A DNA stretch of 64,000 nucleotides from the human T2T-CHM13v2.0 reference genome, Homo sapiens: assembly GCF_009914755.1 (NCBI RefSeq), contig NC_060931.1; one strand, 5' to 3'. The first letter of the stretch is position 1; every line of letters begins with the position of its first letter. The notes below the pieces were generated by a model. That model made no database searches. It saw only the letters and a program-made list of their open reading frames with translations, and was not told the DNA's origin. This document shows, one piece after another, positions 1 to 14,922 of this stretch. A program made the position numbers and the translations under genes.

Positions 1-1479
1 TACAATCCTACAAAACACAGCAACCCTTGCGGAACCACAAAGGCCAATCAAAGCCATTTACCCAACTAGGGTGCCTCATGTTACGCATAAGATATTAACA
101 GAGAATGTCCGAATGTATGTTTTCCTTCCAACGGCTGGATGCAGGGAAGCTCTCTGGTTCTTTCACTAGCATCAAGTATACTCAATTTACTCCTCCAAAC
201 AAGCCACACAGGCCCAGCGCTAAGAGTCTTCCCTGTCAGTTCTCAAAAGGTGGTCAAGGGGTAGAAACTCTGTTGCCATCTTGCACCATACGGCTCTCAG
301 CAGCTCGCCTTGTGGTCCTGACCTTGCCAGCCAAGCCCTTTTCATTCCGTTTTAGTTAAGCAGAAAATGAAGCTATCAGCTCCATTTCCACTCTCTCTGC
401 ATGAATTCATTTCCCTTTTCCATCCTGGCTCAAACTACATGGCTCATATAGTATTCCTACCGAGGTCTTACCTTGCTAAAGATTCTTCTCTTCTAAGACT
501 TGCTGAATCCAAACAAAAAGGTGGGAGGACGTATGAGGATACATTCTAAGGGGCAACTTGAAATATAGGAAAGGATACAAGAATAATAAGCCCGTTGATT
601 TCTTGTTTCCCAGCTTTTACACCCACAAAATCCTAAGAATTATTAAGGGATGGGGAATGTCTATGGAAGTGAAGTCAGTGACCCAGGAATCTGTTTTCCA
701 TACCTACTCATGCCATGAAATCCCATTAAGTCACCAGAAATCCCCTGGAGGATAAGCTCTAACACCAGTTAGTGAAAGAATAAAAATCACTGCAATTTGC
801 TCATTACCCCAGCTTTTCACCCAAACCATGGCTGAAAATCGCTAGAAGCCCACCTTTCTCCTGGACTGCAGGAAAATGAGCTGCCAAGGGCCCTGCACAT
901 CCGGCCTCTGCTACACCAGGAGTTTGGGGCCGGAAGCTCCCCAGTGCCCCATTGGTCCTGGGCCGCATGAAGTGATTCAGAGCTACAGGGTCACGACTAA
1001 GCCATAAAATAAGAAACAAAGAACAAAATGAGCCTTTTCTTAGTTGCAAGCTAAAATTTGGGGAAAGTGATTAGAAAAAAGAAAAACAGTGCGGTTGCTG
1101 GGAAGGCCAATTTCCTTTTACTCACAGGAAATCTTTTCTGCTGATTTAAGAGCAGAGCCACACCTGCTCACAGACCAAATGTCAGCACAGGAGGAAGCTG
1201 CACCTTGAGTTATTCAACCAGTGACAAAAGCATTAAAACAATTCTGAGCTAAGGAAATTCAACCTGGGCTCCAGGGCCCAGACCCGATCCATCTGCACAT
1301 GAGTTAGAGAAAGGATTCGAGTTTATGGAAAGAAAGGGCATAGGAAAGGCACAGGCTCAATTCAAGACTTAGCAGTCCTGTTTTATACATGTTCCCTGAG
1401 TACAGACCAGCAGATCTGGGCTCACAAACAAGACCCAAGACCTCCATTCTAAAAGGAATGAGAACTCCACCGGGTCAAC

Positions 1480-2097
1480 TGACAAAACTGGAATGTAAAC
1501 AGTGGCTCAGATAAAAATATTGTATCAGTGTTACATTCTCTTCAGTTGATCTCTGTACCATGTATGAGAGCGCCCTATTCTTGGGAAACACACGCTGAAG
1601 CATCGGGGGTAACGCGGAGCTGTCCAGAGGAGCTCTGTGTGCTGCTGAAGAGGTTCTGTAGTCTCTATTGTCTGATGCAGCCACACATGTGTCTATGCAG
1701 CCCTTGAAAATGTGGCTGGTGTGACTGAGGAACTGAATGTAAAGTTTTGTTTAGTTTTAATTTAAATAGCTACTTGTGGCTAGTAGCTACCATTCTGGAT
1801 GGTGCCGGAATAAAGCACCATGATATTTGTAACTTACCCTCGAGTCATATAACGATCATTCGTGTGTCTGTATATACAAACACACCACAGGCACACACAC
1901 AACAACCAAAAGAGCAACAGTGAGAGACAGCACATTCAAGGGCATGACAAAACAAATGGGGTGAAGTGATAACAGGAAAATCTGGATATGGGGTATAGGG
2001 GAGGGGAATCTGGGTATAGGGGTAGTCTTTGTACTATTTTTATTTTTGCAATTTTTTAGTAACTTGGAAACTATTTCCAAATAAAATGTTTTTAAAT
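1480..2097 (+). mobile_element. Old L1M (L1ME-like) 3' end fragments, interrupted by MER3
   Basis: Typical L1M 3'UTR text, ending ...GTCTTTGTACTATTTTTATTTTTGCAATTTTT...TTTCCAAATAAAATG. Confidence 0.55.
1614..1806 (+). mobile_element. MER3 (hAT-Charlie DNA transposon)
   Basis: GAAAATGTGGCTGGTGTGACTGAGGAACTGAAT...TTTAAATAGCTACTTGTGGCTAGTAGCTACCAT matches the MER3 consensus. Confidence 0.75.
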
Positions 2098-2395
2098 GTA
2101 TAAGGATGAACATTTATTTATTAATCACTGAAATCTACCAGGCAAAAAGAGGAACTCATTTCCGGGCAGGGAATGGAACCCAGGATGTCCAAGACATTGG
2201 CAAATTTTGAATGAATATTGTGGAGGCCACAGGACACTCCTCTCTGAACACTGCTCCTCCACACCCATGGCACAGTGCTTCTCCCACAGTGGCAGAATAA
2301 ATGCCCTCGCCCAAGATAAATTTTCTGACTTCTTTCCATCTGACCTCTAGCCTGTCCATGAAGGACTTGGCTACAAAGGTAAGTTTCGGGCAAGT

Positions 2396-2515
2396 TTTGT
2401 TTTTGAAACAGGGTTTCACTATGTTGTCCAGGCTCAAACTCCTGGGATCAAATGATCCTCCTTGCCTTAGCCTCTCTATTTGCTGGGACCACAGGTATAT
2501 GCCACCATCCCCAGC
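2396..2515 (-). mobile_element. Alu monomer (FLAM / AluJ left arm)
   Basis: T-tail followed by GGGTTTCACTATGTTGTCCAGGCT...AAACTCCTGGG...GCCACCATCCCCAGC. Confidence 0.8.
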
Positions 2516-2520
2516 AGGGC

Positions 2521-3415
<895 letters not shown>

Positions 3416-4155
3416 TGAAGTCCCCAGGAGTCATGCAAAGTCCCCCAGAGGTCCCAGGCAAAGCGCACAGAAGGCCCTTCTGCAGAGATGCTGCCCTTCT
3501 GTCCTTCGGTAAAATACCAGCCTAAATTCAAAGCAGGAGTCAGGGTTTGTTTGATTTGAGGTAAATAAATTAGAGAAGCTGTGACTCGCTCAGTGCCAGC
3601 AGCATGCTTAGCCTGGTATCGCCCCGGAGAAAGAGCCAGCACCTGGCATGGCAGACGAGGGTTGGCACAATGCATGCTTGCTTGCCAGATGAAGAGGCGC
3701 TCTGTGCAAAGTGCAGCTGCAGCAGGACGCAAACTGGTGCTCTCTCTACCGTCCCTCACCAGGGCAAAGCTGTCTGTGCTCCTGGTCAAAGCCTCGGAGG
3801 ACTTATTTGCTGTCATCCACACACTGTGCTCCGGAAAGTGCCTGCTCAGAAACTGGCAGGGAGAAGACCCGGAGGGAGTGAGGACCATGAGAAATCAGAG
3901 AGCAACTAGACAAGGAAGATATCAAAAGAGACGGGTCCTTCGAGGCCTGCACACCTGTTAGTCCTAATATATTTCAGAGCAAGGGATCAGACTGGTGCAC
4001 ACATGGGCTGAAGCCCAGGGAAGGAGCCAAGTCCACCACCAATGCAACTGGTGAGTCAGTATCAGGCATGTGTCCCCTCCAAGCTGGCAGTAAACAAACA
4101 CTCACACTTCATGTTTGGGCACTGGACTAAATTACCAGGCAAAAGTACAAATTCC

Positions 4156-4459
<304 letters not shown>

Positions 4460-5564
4460 TTAAGCAAGCTTGGGGGTTGGTGAAGAGTTGGTGAGGAAAG
4501 GAGGATTTCTGCAGAGAAGAGCAGAAGTCCTGGAATGGCTGGCTCTCTCTTTCATTCCCTTCACTTTTCATCCATGTGTGCGCCCTGGGGAGACACTCGG
4601 TTTCATCTTAGAGTCACTGTGCTGAGCCTCATAGGCCTCTTCTTTCACTCTGGACCCCATCCTTCGTATCGTCCTGTCCTCTTGCAACATTTCACTTGTC
4701 CTTCACCTTTGCCCCCTCGGGACAAACTTTGTTGGCAGGCCTGGCATTATTTTTGTTTTTGAAGATATTGTATTTCAAAAGCAAACTGCTACATATTTAA
4801 TAAAGAAAGCTCAACCACAGTTTGACGCGGTGGGGATGCAGAAGTGGCAGGCAGGTAGCTTGAGATCCTGAATATGTCCTACCAGTGCACAGCCTGTTCC
4901 CTCAGCCCCCATTAATCTCCACACTCTAGCCTGTCCCACCTTTGTTATTTCTCCAATTCCGTGAACGTTGATCAGTTCAGTATAGCTCTGAATTTTCACA
5001 GGTAACTCCTCCTGTCTCCTGTGCATTCATTTCTCAGTCACTATTCAATAAATACTCAGTATGATCACCACCATTCACGTTTTGTTGTTTGTAATATGGT
5101 TCGTCTTTTGAAATCATAGATAAGTGGCACAGAACCTGGTATGATGAAAAATGTCAGAGAAAACAAAGATAAGAACGTGAACTTGATCTTTACATACACT
5201 CTCTCATCTAAGCCTCACGGCAACCCTGGGAGGTCATTATTATCATCCTCACCTTACAGAAGAAAGAGATCCAGAGAGACTGGCAGGATTCGCTCCCCCA
5301 AGGTCATGAGCTCGTAAAATCAGAGGACCTGAATTCAAACACATGTCAGTATGACCCTAATGCCTTTACATTTTCCATTAGGAATGTAAATGACAACATC
5401 TTTAAAAGTCATAAACCCTTACTCAGCCACGACATGGTTATAAATTGTAGAAAGAACAATGGAGTGGGAGTTAGAAAATTTGGCTTCAAGTCTGGCTTTG
5501 TGTTGATTTTGAGCAAGTCACTTAATATTTCTGAACACAGATTTCTTCTTCCATGAAGGAGGCC

Positions 5565-5810
5565 ATGCTTACCAAACTGGGCTGAGTGTCCTGTGAGGTG
5601 CTAATATTTATTATGAAAAAAGAAGAAAAAAATGAGGTCAAAACAGTTTAAGAAATGCTGGGTTAAATCAAATAAAGCGGTTTTCTTTTTTGCAGGACTT
5701 CTCAGAGGCTTTAATATCGCAGTGCACACCGTGGATCTCCAAGAGGGATATACAATATGCTCTGAAGCCCAAATTTATTTACCAAAGGGAAACTTCTTTT
5801 TTTTTTCTCC
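5565..5810. mobile_element. hAT-Charlie MITE (MER103-like), next to MIR fragments at about 5200-5560
   Basis: GTTTAAGAAATGCTGGGTTAAA...TGCAGGACTTCTCAGAGGCTTTAATAT...GATCTCCAAGAGGG. Confidence 0.55.
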
Positions 5811-7184
5811 ATACAAAACACTTACTCTTTTTTGTCAGGATAGGAGATTGAAAAATAATGGATTGGATAATCCCCAAGGAATCTTTTAGCTCTAACAATG
5901 GGTAATTTTCTGATTTATCTTATCATTCCAAATGGACAGCAGATTTTCTGAGGGTAGAATGTGCTTTTCTATGAAATCAAGAAAATAGCAGCTAGGTAGG
6001 GGCATGCCAGAATGTTCAGAGAAGCAAAAGGAGCATGAAGACTCATCATAGACAGCTGTTCCTATAAAAGACTTGCACATCTAGGGGTATCTTCTCCCCT
6101 TTAAAATAAGTCAGCATCATCCAAATGCCATTGGGCTGGCTTTGTCTTCCAAAACAAATTTCCCGGGCATTAACAGAGACTATAAACTGTCTTGACTGAC
6201 TTATGAGGAACAATCAATAACGTCTGTCCAGGACCCATCAAATCCATGTCTAAGGAAAGGCCAAGTCTTTAGGACAGAAACGTGGCATGGCAGTTTCACA
6301 AACTAGTGGAGATGGCTCTCTGGAGGACAGTCTAGGTGGGACTCCCAAGGCCTTCACTGCTTTGCAGGCACCTCTTCCCCAGGTGTGCAGGAAGAGACCC
6401 CAGCCAAAGAAAACCTAAGAGGCTTTGTTGGGGAGGAACAGGGGACCCTGCCGGACCCTGCAGGTTTCCCTTTCCCTACTGGCTGAAAGGGAGGGCTGCA
6501 CACATCAGGGAGGAGAAATAGAGGAAGAAGATGATGGGCACAAAAGCAGAGGGGCAACAAAGTACAGATCACATCTTGGGGGCACAGGGTACAGTTCTCA
6601 GAATAGAGAAGAATGTCCAGGTCAAAGGTTTCCTAGAAAACTCCCTTCTCTTTAAAACAGACACATGATTTTCCTTGGGACATTTTTATATACAACTTAC
6701 AACTGCCAGATCACTCTTGGAAAATCCGCTGCTCATCTTGGCAGTGGCAGTGGAAAGAAGCCAGTGTCCTTAGACATATCTCTTTGTGGGCCCCAGCCCC
6801 AACATGCAGGTGTCCATAGCACAGGACAGAGGACTCCATGCAGCCAAAAATCAGTGCAGTTACCCCCTAAGTCCTCCATCTAGAAAAAAATGAGACTTGG
6901 TAGTAGCCACTGCCCTGTGGATTCAGCCAGAGCCCATCTCTAGACCCCACCTATCCCCCTGCTGTTCCAAGTTCCAGACTGGGGCTCCAGGATCAAAATG
7001 GCTCAGGGCTTTGTGCTAAGAAGAGCTCTGAACAAGACATAAGGGGATGGTTTAAGACTCAGGATGCTGAGGATTAAGTGTCTGGGCAGTTAGTTCCAGA
7101 GGTCACCTAAAAGACTACAGGGTTCTGCGAGAGACCTGGAATGAGGAACTAACATTGATTGTATGCCTATTTAAAAGCCAGGTA

Positions 7185-7892
7185 CAACATCCAGAGTATA
7201 TAAAGAACTCTTACAACTCAATAATAAAAACACAACCTAATTTTTTAAATGAATGAAGAACTGAATATACATTTAGCCAGAGAAGACATACAAATGGTCA
7301 ATATGCACAGGATGATCATTATTAATTATTAGGGAAATGCAAATCAAAAACACAATGGGATACCAAGAAAACTGAAAACATATGTCTACACAAAACCATG
7401 TCCACTAATGTTCACAGGAGGATTATTCATAACAGCCAAAAAGTGGAAACCACCTGCATGTCCATCAAGTGATTAACAGATAAGCAAAATGTGGTATATT
7501 CCTACCGTGAAACACTATTTGGCAATACAAAGCAATGAAGAACCGATACCTGCTACAACATGGATGAACCTCAAAAACATCATGCTAAGCAAAAGAAGCC
7601 AGACACAAAAGATCACACATTGTCTGATTCCATTTCAATGAAATGTCCAGGACAGGCAAACCCATAGAGACAGAAAATAGATTAGTGGTTGCCAGGGGCT
7701 AGAAGGAGAAGCGAATAGGGAGTGAGTTAACAGGAATGGGATTTCCTTTTGGGATGATGGAATGTTCTGGAATTGGACAGTGGTGCCTGATGTACAACTT
7801 AGTGAACAGGCTAAAAGCTGATGAGCTGTACACTTCAAAAAAGTGAACTTTCCGGTATGTGAGTTATATCTCAATAAAGCCATTTTAAAAAT
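7185..7892 (+). mobile_element. L1MB 3' fragment (ORF2 end + 3'UTR, internally deleted near 7365)
   Basis: ATATAAAGAACTCTTACAACTCAATAATAAAAA...ATGGATGAACCTCAAAAACATCATGCTAAG...TATATCTCAATAAAGC. Confidence 0.85.
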
Positions 7893-10800
7893 AGTCACAA
7901 AAGTAGATGCCTGATACATATTCTCACCCACCGGACCTGAAATACATATCATCATCCCATTTTACAGATGAGGAAACTTGAGGACTGGTGAAAAGCAGCT
8001 AATTGCCAAGAGGCCCGCTGCGAAGCCACGTGACGGACTTACGGCAAGTGGATTTTAACTAGGTTTGCTGACTCCGGAGGCCACGTTCTGCTCGCTTCAC
8101 CACGCTGCTCCCTGCCAAGATGATAAGCTAACCAGCAACTGCAGAACGGTTCCTCTGGAAAAAAGATCACTCCCTGGACAAAGGATCACTGACCTACATA
8201 AAATGCTAGTGCTGGAAGTCACGTTAAGCGGCATCTCGCCAAATCCCTTCATTTCACAGATGAATAAGTAGAGTTTCAAGGCACTGTACTGACCTGTCCA
8301 ACCAAAGCAGCAAGGCTGGTGGGCACAGTCACCCTCTCATTTTACAGAAGACAAGCTGGCGTATTGTTCACTGCAATTAGTTAGGAATCAAAAGGTAGAA
8401 GGAGTTCACCCGGTTGGGGCATGCAGGTCAACAGGCATTCACCAACCTTCAAACATGCCAGCCTCACATCCAGGTCCCAGCTAGAAGATCACTCGGGCCA
8501 GTTATAGCTCACATTATTCTGCGGTTACCCTGAAATTTCTCTTCTAACCCTAGGAGTGCTCTGAAAAGTCCCACCAGGGTGCGACTGTTCCAAGGATCCC
8601 TTGGAGCTTTTGAACTACTTAGCAGGAATGAGGAGTTCTGGATTTAGCATTCAAGTGTGAGGATAAAGGCTAGGGAGACTGAGGAAGCAACTATCCTCCC
8701 CCCGAGTCTAAAGTGACTCCATGGGGAACCACTTGAGAAGGAAAGGGAAGGAAGCTGAAGCCGGATTATTTCACACTGCAACCGCAGGGCCTCGAGGACT
8801 CTAAGTTGGGGGTCTTTTTATTGCCTGCTTAATGTCTCCAGGGAATGTCCTGTCTCAAACTTAAAATGTCCCAAATGGAGCTCATTACCCCACTGTTCTC
8901 CATCCCACAAATCTGTTCCTCCTCTTGTTTTCTCTTTCCCCCAGGACTATCATTCGCATTCCCCAGTGGCTGAGGCTAAGCACCCTGGCTCACCTTCCAC
9001 ACCCCCCTCACCCCCCAACTTCCAGGCAGTGGCCAGGCCTGCTGGCTCGAGCTCTGCCTCCACTTGCCGGCTGGAATCACCTCCTCCTCTGCATGCTCAC
9101 TGCAAGCATTGTCCTGGGGACTCAGTAAATGTTTACTGAATTGAGAGGTCAATCCTACCCACTACTAGTTAAGTCTTTCACAGCAAGTAGCAGCCACGAT
9201 TATTTCAACACAGAAAAGGAGAAAAAGAGGAGCTGGATGACCTCGTGTAAATAGGTGACAGAGAGGTTATTAAAGCAAAGCTCGAGCCAGGAGGAGCAGA
9301 GCAGATGGGGCTGTGAGCCACTCTTTGCACGCATCCTGCTGGAACAGAAAGGCACACCAAGACACCAGGGCTACCAACTGCATCTGCAAATTATTCATTA
9401 TTTCAGTGCAGTCCCTCTGAACTCTCCATCTGCTGATGGCTACTACAGTCAAATAATTACATTCAAATAAAAAAACCTGTGACCTGGAACTTGTTCCAGT
9501 CAGCCCAAGTGAGACACCCACTGTCCCCCAGCCGGGCCTTGTGCACCCCTGTGTGGGGCAACCTCGAGCTTGCTCCCTAGCCACCTTTCCAAATCAAGAC
9601 CATCCTTCAAACCCCAGATCAAATGATGCATCCCTTGTCACTGGGGACCTCAGGGTTTTCTCTTTGGGCCTAACAGTGCTCATCACGTATTACCCTGCAT
9701 CGCTTGATGTCTTTTGTTGCTTGGTTTAATCTTGCCTGCAATGAGTTTAAGAGTGCTTGGAAAAGACAGCGACTGTGCTGAAGTGGCTAATGTATGTAAA
9801 GTATTAAGCTCAGAACTGGGCTTGGCACACTGTAGGCACTACCAATATAAGCATCAGCTACTGACTACTTATTGATGTCCCCTGAGTCCCCAAGCATGAT
9901 GCTGCACATGTGGCACAAGCTACCAAATCTGCTGGAGGTTGACAACAGGTTTCTCGCACCTCTTTTATCTTCCTAACCTCTACTCAAACTAAAACTCCTG
10001 CCCTCCAATTCAATGCCAGGAATTCCATCTGCACATCCACCAACCTCACCACTCAGTCAGGTGGCTCAGCTCCTTCCTTCTAGGCTATCCCTTCACTGTT
10101 CAGAGTCCAGTCGGCCAAGGTGACGTGGGCCAGGGGAGAGGCAGGCTGTAGCCTGACATAGCGTGTCTCTGCCTCACACCCCTCGCTTGTCTCGGGGTTA
10201 GAGATATTATAAGACTTGGTGAACCATTTGTTTCTTTCTGAAATCAGAATGATAACTAAGTAGAGCTAGAAAAAGAGGCAATTTTTAAATTATACCACGC
10301 ACTGAGCCAAAGCCGCTGGTGATACAATGACAACACTCATTTGTCCAGGGCTGGCCAAATCAGTCACAGGGACCCCTTTTCGGTGTGAAACTGCACCAAA
10401 TACTGCCCAGTTGGGGTTCCATCTCAGATTCTGAGATGTCCCATGTGACTACTCTCCAAACGGCATCCTCTGGTCACACTCCCTGCAGCAGCCATCAATT
10501 CAGGGGCTGGAGGCAGGGTGGCAACTGTGAAGAACGCAGAGGTGGCTGAGCCTCAGTAGCTTTTGACAGGCATCTGCAATCAATAAGTCTAGTATGACAG
10601 ACTCAGGGGAAACCCTCCTAGCTTCGGAGAAGGTGGTCTGCATCTGGACGTTCCCACCTTCCTAGCGTTGGGACTAGCGGCCCCTCTGGGTACATCAAGG
10701 GCCGGCACTTGAAACCTGCAAAGAAACATCTCGGTCTGCCCATATCCAGAGACCCAGCTTCCTGGCTTTTCTTCAAGTATCTTAATCTACCCCATCTCTA

Positions 10801-11085
10801 TCGAGCACTAAACCAGTCGAAGATACTTTGGGATCAGAGAAGGAACGGCAGACAAAGCCTCACATTAAGCATCTCTTTAGTAAAGCATCCAGAAAATTCT
10901 GCCTGTGTTACTTCACTTTTACTCCCACCTAGGCCCCTGTGGCTGAGGACAAGACCACACACAAGGGCACTAGCCAAGCCAGGGTGACCCATCAGCCCCA
11001 GCCCTCCTGTGGCCTCCACTGGATATCCAGGCACCCCCGGTTTTTCCCTTGGGTCCCATCCCACCACTATTCTGGTGATCTGGAG

Positions 11086-11284
11086 CCATACTGACCAACA
11101 CATAGAATTAGCTAGCGGGCACAAGTGGCTATTTAAATTTAAATTAATTAAAATAAAACATTGAGTTCCTCGGCCCCACTGGCCACATTTCAAGTGCTTA
11201 CTGGTCACGTGGCAAGTAGCTACTGTGGGAGAGAGGGTGGACCGAGAGAGACATCAGTACGGAAAGCTCTATCAGGCAGAGCTG
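11086..11284 (-). mobile_element. MER3
   Basis: GTGGCTATTTAAATTTAAATTAATTAAAATAAAA...GGCCACATTTCAAGTGCT. Confidence 0.75.
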
Positions 11285-11629
11285 TTCTAGATGGTGACAT
11301 TTAAACTTGCAGGTGGCCAATTTTTTTTTTTAACTGTCACTTTGTGGTCTTGAAGAAAATATTTTTCCAACCTGAAAGGACAAAATTGCTTTCTCTAAAA
11401 AACTCAGTGAGGGAAAAGGTCACCTCCACGCAATGACCTTCACAGAACACCCGTGTTCTTCGGAAGCTGGTCTGCCCATCTGAGCCGCTTCTCTGCTTTC
11501 TATGACACTTTTGGAACCCTCAGCCCTACATCCAGACTCCCACGCTCCGATGGAAACTTTAACCAAAGCATAGGAGGGGCTCTAGCTTTTCTTCTGGAAT
11601 TTGTAAGTCACTGTTTTTCCATGGGCCCT

Positions 11630-12094
11630 ACGTTACTTTATTTGGCCTAGTATAACACAGCACCACAAGCTGGGGGGCATAATCAACACAATTTATTATC
11701 TCACAGTTCTGGAGGCCAGAAGTTCAAGATCACGGTGTCGACAGGGCCGGCTCCCTCCGAGGCTGTGAGGGACGGTGTGTTCCATGCCTCTCTCCTAGTT
11801 TCCGGTGGGCGCTGGCAATCTTTGCTGTTCCTTGGCTTCTATGCCTATTAACCCAGTCTCTGCTTTCGTGCTCATGAGCCATGGTCCCTGTGGGCGTGTC
11901 TGTGTCTGAATTTCCCCTTCCTATGAGGACACTAGTCATACTAGACTAGGGGCCCACCCTACTTTAGTGGGACCTCATCTTAACTAGCCACATCTGCAAT
12001 GACCCTATTTCCAAATAAGGTCACATGCTGAAGTACTGGGGGTTAGGACTTCAACATGTGAGTGGGGAGGGGGACACAAAATTCATCCCCTGAC
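11630..12094 (-). mobile_element. MLT1 (ERVL-MaLR) solo LTR, MLT1B/C-like
   Basis: CTCACAGTTCTGGAGGCCAGAAGTTCAAGATCA...ACCCTATTTCCAAATAAGGTCACA...GGGTTAGGACTTCAACA. Confidence 0.85.
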
Positions 12095-14539
12095 AGGCCC
12101 TCAAAGCCTCAAAGAAAAAGCACTCCTCCTGGCCCACCATCTGCCTTCCATTTTTCTATTAATATGAAAAGATTTGTAAGAAATTACTGGCTACTCAGCT
12201 TTGTGGGAGCAGCTGGTGACCCCAGGCAGAAGCTAACACCACATGAGGCTATTTCCATGATACACCAAGTCATTCAAGCCCACTATCCTCGATTTAACAA
12301 GGTCCAAGAACAAAAACCTGACCTTGAATACAGTGTGAAGGAAAAACTGTCACAATTGTCATGGTCACAAGTAGAGTGCTGGGGAGTTCCTCCAAGTTCA
12401 TCAAACCGCCTTCTTTTACAGGGATGTTCTCTGGGTGATGTGGCAAAAACAAATGAAGAAAGTCCCTCCTGACCCAGACTCCTTAACATACTGCTGGACG
12501 GTCACTGTCATCATACAAATCACTGCCAAGCTCATCAGACGTGATTGTCATGAACAGAAAGCTATCCACCAGCACAGTGGACCCAGAAAGGTGCTGTGGT
12601 TCATGGCCCACATCACGTGTCTGGGTTATAAGACACAGGTGAATTACCTATGAATTCAGGCAGCATGGAACAGAAAAAACCAATAAGCTTTAGTGCTAGA
12701 AAACCTGGCTTGAATCCTAGCTTTGACACTTAATAGATAAAAGATCTTGCACAAGTGAATTTGTCTCTCTATGCCTCAGTTTACCCTGCTGGAAAATGCA
12801 GAGCCTGAGATCTACTTCACATCAGGCTAAGAAAGCTCTCTGGATGGCCATCACTGTGTTAACTAGCATTTACTGGGCGTGGATGACGTGTTCACGGCAG
12901 CTCCCAACAGGTCTGAGGTAAGACGCCGCTATTATCCTCGTTTGCTGGGAGAAGACTCGGGCTTAGAGCCTCTGATTACACAGCTGCACTCTAACCATTT
13001 CCTAATACTGCCTCTCAAAGGAGGTCAGCAGGTGAAATAGTGGCAGGCTCTATAAATGCTTGTTCCCTGCACCCTCCTCTGGTATCCGCCACGCCGCACA
13101 ACAGTTCATACTGTCCTGGCACTGTCCACTCCCAACATCTTCACAAGGACAGAAGATCATCAAAAGTGGTTTAGAGGAAATAACACCTCTGCCAGGACAC
13201 AGTCATTCCCTCATTTGATATTTCCCCTAACTCTCTTCCCTAACCTCTTCCCACATAACATTCCTGACAGCTGGGAGAACATCGCTGACCGCTCTCCAAC
13301 CTCCCGTCCAGACCTGCCTCTGTCTATCTGCTCCTTCTCACCCTCTGTTCATCCCCTGGAGACATTAATACAGAAACCAACTGTCTGGCTTCTGACCTCC
13401 ATACTCTTTTAAAATTGCAGTATAAAGATGACGGTGTCCCTGGGTAAATGGTGGTGTCTTGGTTATGGCCTCATGGTTTTAGCAGTTAGGCTTTGTCCCT
13501 TGGAGTGGTTAAATAAAGACAGACATTAGCACAGTTTTCCACCCAATTATCCTATTTACAAAAATAGAACTCTCCTCTGTGAGCATTTTAAATAGAGGCC
13601 TTAATTTCCACAGATGTCAACCTTACCAGGTCGATTCCTAAAGCCTCAATTGATGAGCTAGAATACAGCATGGTGGGCAATGGAATCTACCCTCAAATGA
13701 TCTCTTCCTATATATATAGTATTTTGGATGTATACATCTATTCATAAATATACAGATATATTTACACACATAGGCACACACATGCGTGAACACGCCAGTT
13801 AAAAAAAAGTAATAGTCTTGAAGGTTGTCTGATAGGCACGTAGACTGGCAGTTCTGCTGAGTGTTTTGGGTCTTTGTGTTGCATCAAACCAGTAGAAGGA
13901 TAAGAAGAAGTACTCAGACCTGTTATTTTGGCCTTCCAGGGAATAACATTTGCTGAGTTGCATTTTCATGTTAGGCCTTGAGCTTCCAATGAGGACTGCT
14001 GTGAGAAGAGCTGTAAGAACCCAGTTTTTCATCTGTTGTGGGGATGCCAAACACCCTGTTCATGATACCTCTCAGTGCTTCCTAGATAAAAGTCCACATG
14101 CAAAATTTAGTTGAAAAGAACTAAAAAAATCTTTGCTCCTCTTGAGGACCTGGTGCACCTTCCTTCTCTGACAGCAAGAATGACCGCAGCGACCACATTT
14201 GCCTTTTCTCTTTGATGTTATGAAGCTCAGCTAAGTAGCAATGTAAGGGACTTATTGTCTGCATATCTGTAATTCTTTTTCTTCCTAACTTTGAACTTCT
14301 ATATTTATTTGTATTTATCCTGATCCTGTCCTAAATTCTTTTATGTATCATATGGTTTATTGCAGTATACGTATTTATACTATAAAATCAATCAAAAGTT
14401 GTAAAACAAGGTGAATTACAAATAATCAAATAGAACTTAATTAAAATAATTACCATAGTAAACACAGCCAAATTTAGAGAATAGTATAGTTAAAAAACAC
14501 TACAATCAGAGTGAAACATTTAAAAAAAAATGAACATGT

Positions 14540-14812
14540 TGAAGCAGACACTGTAAGTTGCCTTCCTAATAGCCATTCCCTCTTTCTCTTCTGGAGAGAC
14601 AGGATTTAGTTTAGATGTCACTCTCCCCACCACCACCTCCAACCACCTTCCACCTCCCCTTTGTGTGACTCAAGAACCAATCCTGGCTAGTCTAAGCTAA
14701 TTGTTTGCTGTGCCTGGGAGTGAATGATCTGGGCTAGGCATGTTACCCAGTTATAGCCTATAAGAAGGGGAGAGAGAACAGCTGGGACCTTTGGGGAAGG
14801 TTCCCTTATTTG
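14540..14812 (+). mobile_element. ERVL LTR fragment (LTR16/LTR33-like)
   Basis: GCAGACACTGTAAGTTGCC...AGCCATTCCCTC...GGCATGTTACCCAGTT...GGGGAAGGTTCC. Confidence 0.5.
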
Positions 14813-14823
14813 ATGAATGATTT

Positions 14824-14922
14824 GGAGGGAGGGAGGGAGGGAGGGAGGGAGGGATGGATGGATGGATGGTTGGATGGATAGATGGATGGATGGATGGATG
14901 GATGGATGGATGGATGGATGGA
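14824..14922 (+). repeat. Compound STR (GGGA)7 then (TGGA)n
   Basis: Read directly from the sequence. Confidence 0.95.

Noticed and set aside
8571-8584. CTCF-like CCACCAGGGTGCGA
   Set aside because: Mismatch at a highly conserved G of the core; it cannot be supported without ChIP data.
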